NCBI GenBank assembly: GCA_944329445.1
Contig: CALVIH010000001.1
Location: forward strand, 30,900 to 94,899
Direction of reading: 5' to 3'
Origin: an uncultured Bacilli bacterium
GTDB lineage: Bacteria > Bacillota_I > Bacilli_A > RF39 > UBA660
Length of the DNA: 64,000 nt
The position numbers were made by a program, and so were the translations under genes. The notes beneath the pieces are model-generated. The model was not told where the DNA came from, searched no databases, and saw nothing but the letters and a program-made list of their open reading frames with translations. Shown piece by piece: positions 57,754 through 64,000 of this stretch (positions are counted from its first letter, which is position 1; each line of letters starts with the position of its first letter).

Positions 57754-59826
57754 ATGGCTCGTGAATATTCATTAGAAAACACTCGTAACATTGGTATTAT
57801 GGCTCACGTTGATGCTGGTAAAACTACTGTTACCGAACGTGTTTTGTTCCATACTCATAAGATTCATAAAATTGGTGAAACTCATGATGGTGCATCACAA
57901 ATGGACTGGATGGAACAAGAAAAAGAACGTGGTATTACCATTACTTCTGCTGCAACTACTGCATTCTGGAAGGGTAATAGACTTAATATTATAGATACTC
58001 CAGGTCACGTAGATTTCACGATTGAAGTTACGAGATCACTTAGGGTATTAGACGGTGCTGTTACGGTACTTGATTCTCAAAATGGTGTTGAACCTCAAAC
58101 CGAAAACGTTTGGCGTCAAGCAACCGAAATGCACGTTCCAAGACTTGTTTTCTCTAACAAGATGGACAAGATGGGAGCTGATTTTGCAGCTAGCGTTGAA
58201 TCTATTAAAACAAGACTTGGTGTTAAAGCAACAGCAATTCAGTGGCCAATTGGTGCTGAATCAGAATTCAATGGTATCATAGATTTAGTTACCATGAAAG
58301 CTTATCAATATGATAGCAAACCAGAAGAAAACCCAACTGAAATTGAAATACCAGCTGACTTAAAGGATATCGCCGAAGAAAAGAGAATCCAAATGATTGA
58401 GGATGCAGCTGAATTCGATGAAGAGTTAATGGAAAAATACTTAGAGGGTGCTGAAATAAGCGTTGATTTAATTAAAAGAGCAATTAGAAAAGGTGTTCTT
58501 GCTGTTAAAATGTTCCCTGTAATGTGTGGTACAGCACTTGGTAACATTGGTGTTAAGTTGATGCTTGATGCGGTTGTTGATTATTTACCAGCACCAACTG
58601 ACATTCCGTCAATCAAAGGACATGATGAAAATGATAATGAGGTAGAAAGACATGCTTCAGATTCTGAACCATTCGCTGCTTTAGCATTTAAGATTATGAC
58701 GGATCCTTTTGTTGGTAGATTATCATTCTTCCGTGTTTACTCTGGTACTTTAAAAAGTGGTTCATATGTTTTGAATTCTAATAAAAACACGAAGGAAAGA
58801 ATCGGACGTATCTTACAAATGCACGCTAATAACCGTACCGAAATATCTGAGGTTTATGCTGGTGATATAGCAGCGGCTGTAGGATTAAAAAATACTACGA
58901 CTGGTGATACGTTATGTGATGAGAAACATCCAGTTATATTGGAAAAAATGGTTATTCCTGATCCGGTTATCTCAATTGCAATTGAGCCAAAGAGTAAGGG
59001 AGACCAAGAAAAAATGTCTACCGCACTACAGAAATTAGCAGAAGAAGATCCAACCTTTAAAGCTGAAACTGATCAAGAATCAGGCCAAACGGTTATATCT
59101 GGTATGGGTGAGCTTCACTTGGACGTATTAGTAGACAGAATGAAACGTGAGTTCGGTGTTGAAGCAAACGTTGGTAAGCCACAAGTTGCTTATCGTGAAA
59201 CGCTAACTACCGCTGGAGATTGTGAAGGTAAATACATTAAGCAATCTGGTGGTCGTGGTCAATACGGACACGTTTGGGTTAAGTTTGAACCTAATAAGGA
59301 TAAAGGATATGAATTCGTTGATGCTATCGTTGGTGGTGTTGTTCCTCGTGAATACATTCCGGTAGTTGATAAGGGATTACAAGAAGCTATGAAAACAGGT
59401 GTTCTTGCAGGATATCCTATGATAGACGTTAAGGCAACTTTATTTGATGGATCATATCATGATGTTGACTCTAACGAAATGGCGTTTAAGGTTGCGGCAT
59501 CGCTTGCCCTTAAAGAAGCTAAGAAACATTGTAATCCAGTACTTCTAGAACCAATCATGAAGGTAGATATAGTAGTTCCAGAAGAATACTTGGGTAACGT
59601 AATGGGTGATATTACATCTCGTCGTGGACGTCCAATGGGACAAGAAGCACAAGGTAATTCACTTAAGATTAATGCTTACGTACCATTATCAGAAATGTTT
59701 GGTTACGCAACAAGCCTAAGGTCTAATACTCAAGGACGTGGAACGTTTATGATGTTGTTTGATCATTATGAAGAAGTTCCTAAGAGTATTGCAGAAGACA
59801 TCATTAAGAAAAATGGTGCACAATAA
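57754..59826 (+). CDS. fusA: elongation factor G
   Basis: ATG at 57754 follows aaaggag. [22 protein letters not shown], and NKMD. Confidence 0.98.
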   Translation: MAREYSLENTRNIGIMAHVDAGKTTVTERVLFHTHKIHKIGETHDGASQMDWMEQEKERGITITSAATTAFWKGNRLNIIDTPGHVDFTIEVTRSLRVLDGAVTVLDSQNGVEPQTENVWRQATEMHVPRLVFSNKMDKMGADFAASVESIKTRLGVKATAIQWPIGAESEFNGIIDLVTMKAYQYDSKPEENPTEIEIPADLKDIAEEKRIQMIEDAAEFDEELMEKYLEGAEISVDLIKRAIRKGVLAVKMFPVMCGTALGNIGVKLMLDAVVDYLPAPTDIPSIKGHDENDNEVERHASDSEPFAALAFKIMTDPFVGRLSFFRVYSGTLKSGSYVLNSNKNTKERIGRILQMHANNRTEISEVYAGDIAAAVGLKNTTTGDTLCDEKHPVILEKMVIPDPVISIAIEPKSKGDQEKMSTALQKLAEEDPTFKAETDQESGQTVISGMGELHLDVLVDRMKREFGVEANVGKPQVAYRETLTTAGDCEGKYIKQSGGRGQYGHVWVKFEPNKDKGYEFVDAIVGGVVPREYIPVVDKGLQEAMKTGVLAGYPMIDVKATLFDGSYHDVDSNEMAFKVAASLALKEAKKHCNPVLLEPIMKVDIVVPEEYLGNVMGDITSRRGRPMGQEAQGNSLKINAYVPLSEMFGYATSLRSNTQGRGTFMMLFDHYEEVPKSIAEDIIKKNGAQ

Positions 59827-59835
59827 TAAATAATC

Positions 59836-59866
59836 CTGAGGGAAAATACTTGCTATTTTCCCTTAG
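59836..59866 (+). promoter_or_regulatory. strong fusA-tuf intergenic stem-loop without a U-tract
   Basis: 13-bp stem ctgagggaaaata / tattttcccttag with loop cttgc. No T-run follows it. Confidence 0.5.
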
Positions 59867-59911
59867 ATTAGATAAAATAGATATGTAATTTATATAGGGA
59901 GGAAAATTAAA

Positions 59912-61096
59912 ATGGCAAAAGAAAAATTTGATCGTTCAAAACCACATGTTAACATTGGTACAATTGGACACGTTGACCATGGTAAAACTACTTTAACTGC
60001 TGCTATTACTAAGAGATTATCTGAAAAAGGTCAAGCTAAATTCGAAGACTATGCAGATATCGATAAAGCTCCAGAAGAAAGAGAACGTGGTATAACAATC
60101 AATACTGCACACGTTGAGTACGAAACTGACAAACGTCACTATGCTCACGTAGACTGCCCAGGACACGCTGATTATGTTAAAAACATGATTACTGGTGCTG
60201 CACAAATGGACGGAGCAATCCTTGTTCTAGCTGCTACAGATGGTCCTATGGCACAAACAAAAGAACACATCTTACTTGCTCGTCAAGTTGGTGTTCCAAG
60301 AATCGTTGTATTCATGAACAAATGTGATATGGTTGACGATCCAGAAATGCTAGACTTAGTAGAAATGGATGTTCGTGAACTATTAAACAAGTATGAATAC
60401 GATGGAGATAACACTCCAGTTATTAGAGGTTCTGCATTAAAAGCACTTGAGGGAGATCCTAAGTGGGAAGAAAAGATTGACGAATTAATGGACGCTGTTG
60501 ATACATGGATTCCTACTCCAGAAAGAGACAACACAAAACCATTCTTAATGTCAATCGAAGACGTATTTACTATTACTGGTCGTGGAACTGTTGTTACTGG
60601 ACGTGTTGAACGTGGACAATTAAAGTTAAATGACGAAGTTGAAATCGTAGGTTTAAAACCAACTCAAAAGACTGTTGTTACTGGAATTGAAATGTTCCGT
60701 AAACAACTAGACTATGCTGAAGCAGGAGATAACGCTGGTGTATTATTACGTGGTATTTCACGTGATGATGTACAACGTGGTCAAGTACTTGCTAAACCAG
60801 GTACAGTTACTCCACATACTAAATTTGAAGCTCAAGTTTACGTATTAAGTAAAGAAGAAGGCGGACGTCATACTCCATTCTTCTCAAACTACAGACCACA
60901 ATTCTACTTCAGAACTACTGACGTAACTGGTGTTGTTACATTACCAGAAGGAACTGAAATGGTTATGCCTGGTGATAACGTTAGTATGACTGTTGAGTTA
61001 ATTGCACCAATCGCACTTGAAAATGGTACTAAGTTCTCTATCCGTGAAGGTGGACGTACTGTTGGTGCTGGTACAGTTACTAAGATTGATGCTTAA
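59912..61096 (+). CDS. tuf: elongation factor Tu
   Basis: [18 protein letters not shown], and NKCD. Confidence 0.99.
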   Translation: MAKEKFDRSKPHVNIGTIGHVDHGKTTLTAAITKRLSEKGQAKFEDYADIDKAPEERERGITINTAHVEYETDKRHYAHVDCPGHADYVKNMITGAAQMDGAILVLAATDGPMAQTKEHILLARQVGVPRIVVFMNKCDMVDDPEMLDLVEMDVRELLNKYEYDGDNTPVIRGSALKALEGDPKWEEKIDELMDAVDTWIPTPERDNTKPFLMSIEDVFTITGRGTVVTGRVERGQLKLNDEVEIVGLKPTQKTVVTGIEMFRKQLDYAEAGDNAGVLLRGISRDDVQRGQVLAKPGTVTPHTKFEAQVYVLSKEEGGRHTPFFSNYRPQFYFRTTDVTGVVTLPEGTEMVMPGDNVSMTVELIAPIALENGTKFSIREGGRTVGAGTVTKIDA

Positions 61097-61107
61097 TTAT
61101 AGTTAAT

Positions 61108-61138
61108 AAAAAGACATTCAATTTGAATGTCTTTTTTC
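61108..61138 (+). terminator. rho-independent terminator after tuf
   Basis: aagacattc-aattt-gaatgtctt followed by a T-run. Confidence 0.85.
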
Positions 61139-61195
61139 TTTAAAAGATTGATTAGTAAGTGATAATTTTGTAAAATAAACATAACGGAGGTAATT

Positions 61196-61681
61196 ATGCA
61201 TTTTGAATTAATTCCTGTAAAAGATGAACAAAAAAATACAATATATAATTTAATGCAATTATATACGTATGAGCTTAGTTTTTACGAAGATGAGACTACA
61301 AAATTTAATTTATTGGAAAACGGATTATATGAAATGAATGAATACTTAGAACTTTATTGGAAAGAAGATGAAAGACATCCATACATTTTAAAGTGTGATG
61401 GAAAACTAGCAGGCTTTGTTTTATATAGATGTACTGAAAATGGACTAAATGAAATTTCTGAATTTTTTGTACTTAACAAATATAGAAAAATTAATGCCGG
61501 AACTTATATGGCCAACGAAATATTTAAATTATATAAAGGTAAATGGGAAATTAGAACTTTATTAAAAAATAAAAGAGCACAATGTTTTTGGAGAAAAGTA
61601 ATAAAAGAAAATAGTAATAATAATTTCGAAGAAAGATTAATAAGAAATAATTCTAGATATGCATTTTATTTTAAAAACTAA
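61196..61681 (+). CDS. GNAT-family acetyltransferase (predicted)
   Basis: 161 aa. The segment LAGFVLY...EFFVLNKYRKINAG resembles the GNAT motif A region. AT-rich. Confidence 0.55.
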   Translation: MHFELIPVKDEQKNTIYNLMQLYTYELSFYEDETTKFNLLENGLYEMNEYLELYWKEDERHPYILKCDGKLAGFVLYRCTENGLNEISEFFVLNKYRKINAGTYMANEIFKLYKGKWEIRTLLKNKRAQCFWRKVIKENSNNNFEERLIRNNSRYAFYFKN

Positions 61682-61710
61682 AAAAACAGATAAATTATTT
61701 TATCTGTTTT
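61681..61710. terminator. bidirectional terminator between convergent genes
   Basis: aaaaa-acagataaa-ttat-tttatctgt-ttt. Confidence 0.75.
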
Positions 61711-62956
61711 AAATTGGAGTATTAAGCCAGTTAAGTATTGGTGTTAATTTACTTCCTGTGTAATATGCTTTTTTGTTTATAACAAGGTCAAACTCTCCTA
61801 CGTATTCAACTATTTTGTTTGACATTTCTGATTTTATAATTGATTCGTAATCTTTTTTTAAATCGCTAGTTAAACCGCCTAAGTTAACTATTTTATATCC
61901 TTGTCTTGCAAATTCTTGCATAAGTTGCCATCTTAGTAAGTATTCAGGATATTGGTCTTTAAATGTTTCGTTTACTCCGCTTGCAAAAAAGGTAATTGTC
62001 ATACCATATTTTATTATTGCAACACCGGCTGTGACTAATCCACTTGGGTATTGTTGGAATAATTTACTTGCTTCTAGCATGTTTTTTTTGTATTTTGCTA
62101 GTAATTCATCTGATTTTAATTTCTCGTTTATTATTGCGTCTTTATTTGGATTATTAAAATCTTGCATTTGCATGTTTAATTCATTGTTTCTTTGTTCTTC
62201 TTTTTCGTACAAGGATTTACTAGAATTAACGTATGAAATTGGTTCTAGTTTATTAAAGTATACCTCAAATGAGTTTTGTCCATAAAACTGATAATAGTCT
62301 AAGTAATAGTCTAGTGGAGGATTATTTTTGTTAATAAGGTTAAATAAAAGGTTTATGTCGTTAGCACTTCCTTTATAAACCTTGTTTCCCATCTTAGCAG
62401 CATCGCTGATTTTATTTCTTGCTTCTTTAGATATTGAATTATATAAACTTATTATGTTGTTATCTAAACTTACAAGGGCGTTCCACCTTGGTTTAGAAGC
62501 CTCCATACCATTATTATATCCCATGTGGATATAACCTAAGCTTTGAAGTCTTTGTACTAATGATGTGTTAGTATCTGCCAAGCTTTTTTCACTACCATCA
62601 AGGTTATGCTCTTTATATATAACCATTGGGTCTAATTTTAAATAAGTAAAATTTCTTTTTGAAAGAAAATCTTTTAATCCATCCGTGAATTCTTTTACCA
62701 GGTTTTCATCGTTCCAATCAATTAAGAAACCACGTGGTGCGTATCCCATTTTTCTTTTTTCTTTTGCATCGTTTTTAACAAGTATTAAGGTAGCGGCTTT
62801 TATTTCTCCAATGTTATCTGCAAGTCCTAAGTAGTATGCGTTATAGCCGTTTTTACTCATAAGTCTTCCATAGTTGCTTGTTTGGTAATAGTTATGTCTA
62901 GGATGGGATATAGCAAATTGATCAAATCTAACTTCATCAAGTAATATAATTTGCAT
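61709..62956 (-). CDS. FemAB-family peptidoglycan interpeptide-bridge aminoacyltransferase
   Basis: 415 aa with two GNAT-like halves separated by a coiled-coil insert (LYEKEEQRNNELNMQMQ...). N-terminus MQIILLDEVRFDQF...YYQTSNYG is typical of FemX/FemA/MurM proteins. Confidence 0.75.
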   Translation of the reverse strand: MQIILLDEVRFDQFAISHPRHNYYQTSNYGRLMSKNGYNAYYLGLADNIGEIKAATLILVKNDAKEKRKMGYAPRGFLIDWNDENLVKEFTDGLKDFLSKRNFTYLKLDPMVIYKEHNLDGSEKSLADTNTSLVQRLQSLGYIHMGYNNGMEASKPRWNALVSLDNNIISLYNSISKEARNKISDAAKMGNKVYKGSANDINLLFNLINKNNPPLDYYLDYYQFYGQNSFEVYFNKLEPISYVNSSKSLYEKEEQRNNELNMQMQDFNNPNKDAIINEKLKSDELLAKYKKNMLEASKLFQQYPSGLVTAGVAIIKYGMTITFFASGVNETFKDQYPEYLLRWQLMQEFARQGYKIVNLGGLTSDLKKDYESIIKSEMSNKIVEYVGEFDLVINKKAYYTGSKLTPILNWLNTPI

Positions 62957-63094
62957 AATTATCCCCTCCTTTTTATTCTAAGATATTATTATACCTTAAA
63001 ACGTACTTTAAAGTCAATTTACATATAGTGATAAAGGGCTTATTTTAACTTTGTTTAAGTGATATAATAGTTATGTAAGAAAGGTAGGGATAAC

Positions 63095-64000
63095 ATGAAA
63101 ATAGCAGATGTAAAAGCAAGAGAAATTTTGGATTCTAGGGGTAATCCAACGGTTGAGGTCGACGTTATATTAGAAGATGGAACAATGGGCCGTGCCGCGG
63201 TTCCGTCTGGTGCATCAACTGGGAAACGTGAAGCCTTAGAAATGCGTGATAATGATAAAAAAAGATTTGGTGGTAAAGGTGTTTTAAATGCCGTTAAAAA
63301 CGTAAATGAACGTATTAAACCAGTTATAATCGGAATGGACGTATTCGATCAGTATGGTGTTGATACGGCGATGCTTGAGCTTGATGGTACCAAAACTAAG
63401 AGTAACTTAGGTGCTAACGCAATATTAGGAGTATCAATGGCTACTTTAAAGGCTGCCGCTAATGAAAAGAAGCTTCCGTTATATAAGTACGTTGGTGAAG
63501 GAAGAACGATGCCCGTTCCAATGATGAACATAATAAATGGTGGTGCTCACGCTGATAATAAACTTGATTTTCAAGAGTTTATGATAATTCCGCAAAGAGA
63601 TACAATTAAGGAAAGAGTACGTGTTGGAGCGGAAGTATTCCATGCGTTAAAAAGCGTATTAAACGAAAGAGGTTTATCAACTGGAGTTGGTGACGAAGGA
63701 GGCTTTGCTCCTGACTTAGAATCTAATGCAGAAGGTTTTGAGCTTATTATGGACGCAATAAGGAAGGCTGGGTATGAACCAGGTGTTGACGTTAAATTAG
63801 GAATAGACGTAGCGGCCTCAGAGTTTTATGATAATGGTAAATATAACTTGGTAGGAGAAAACAGGTCCCTTACCACTGATGAACTTATTGATTTTTATAA
63901 AGAGTTAGTTAGTAAATATCCAATTATATCGATAGAAGACCCAGTAGATGAAAATGATTGGGAAGGATTTTCTAAGATAACTAAAGAACTAGGAGATAAA
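63095..64000 (+). CDS. eno: enolase, 3' end cut by window edge
   Basis: ATG at 63095 follows aaggtaggg. [17 protein letters not shown] and [12 protein letters not shown]. The frame stays open to base 64000. Confidence 0.97.
   Translation, partial: MKIADVKAREILDSRGNPTVEVDVILEDGTMGRAAVPSGASTGKREALEMRDNDKKRFGGKGVLNAVKNVNERIKPVIIGMDVFDQYGVDTAMLELDGTKTKSNLGANAILGVSMATLKAAANEKKLPLYKYVGEGRTMPVPMMNIINGGAHADNKLDFQEFMIIPQRDTIKERVRVGAEVFHALKSVLNERGLSTGVGDEGGFAPDLESNAEGFELIMDAIRKAGYEPGVDVKLGIDVAASEFYDNGKYNLVGENRSLTTDELIDFYKELVSKYPIISIEDPVDENDWEGFSKITKELGDK

Overview
Origin-proximal housekeeping region of a low-GC, endospore-forming Bacillota genome. Almost every gene is on the + strand. The order follows the B. 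subtilis map in compressed form: dnaX-ybaB-recR-bofA, holB-ricT, pth-mfd-spoVT, tatD-yabE-rsmA-yabG-veg, spoVG, yabP-yabQ-divIC, mrnC-rlmB-sigH-secE-nusG-rplKAJL-ybxB-rpoBC, tilS-ftsH, DUF1934-argS-rpoE-prfA-prmC, spoIIR, mntP, fba-murA, rpmE, rpsL-rpsG-fusA-tuf, eno. Relative to B. subtilis, yabA, hprT and rpmGB are absent from their usual slots. I saw no rRNA, tRNA, CRISPR array, transposase or integrase. Several visibly more AT-rich or non-syntenic insertions interrupt this backbone. (1) A translationally coupled pair of giant surface proteins lies between veg and spoVG; the second carries Cys/Gln motifs resembling an internal-thioester adhesin domain. (2) A Fic gene and a DUF4065/Panacea-like gene flank ybxB between rplL and rpoB. 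(3) The rpoC-tilS spacer holds an unannotated 26-codon hydrophobic ORF with SD-sequestering and long-range 5'/3' pairing plus a convergent antisense promoter, which fits a type I toxin-antitoxin locus. (4) Two orphan coiled-coil genes lie between ftsH and a class A PBP. They follow a promoter-like region containing a G8 tract and are bracketed by duplicated terminator hairpins. I rate this the best candidate for an undescribed system, though I cannot assign it a function. (5) A family of small acidic proteins sits next to murA and shows a 31-nt exact duplication of the translation-initiation junction. Separately, dnaX contains the E. coli-type A_AAA_AAG -1 slippery heptamer at the tau/gamma-equivalent position, inside three palindromic 45-nt-spaced repeats. 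All functional calls come from reading translated motifs and synteny by eye; no database search was possible.
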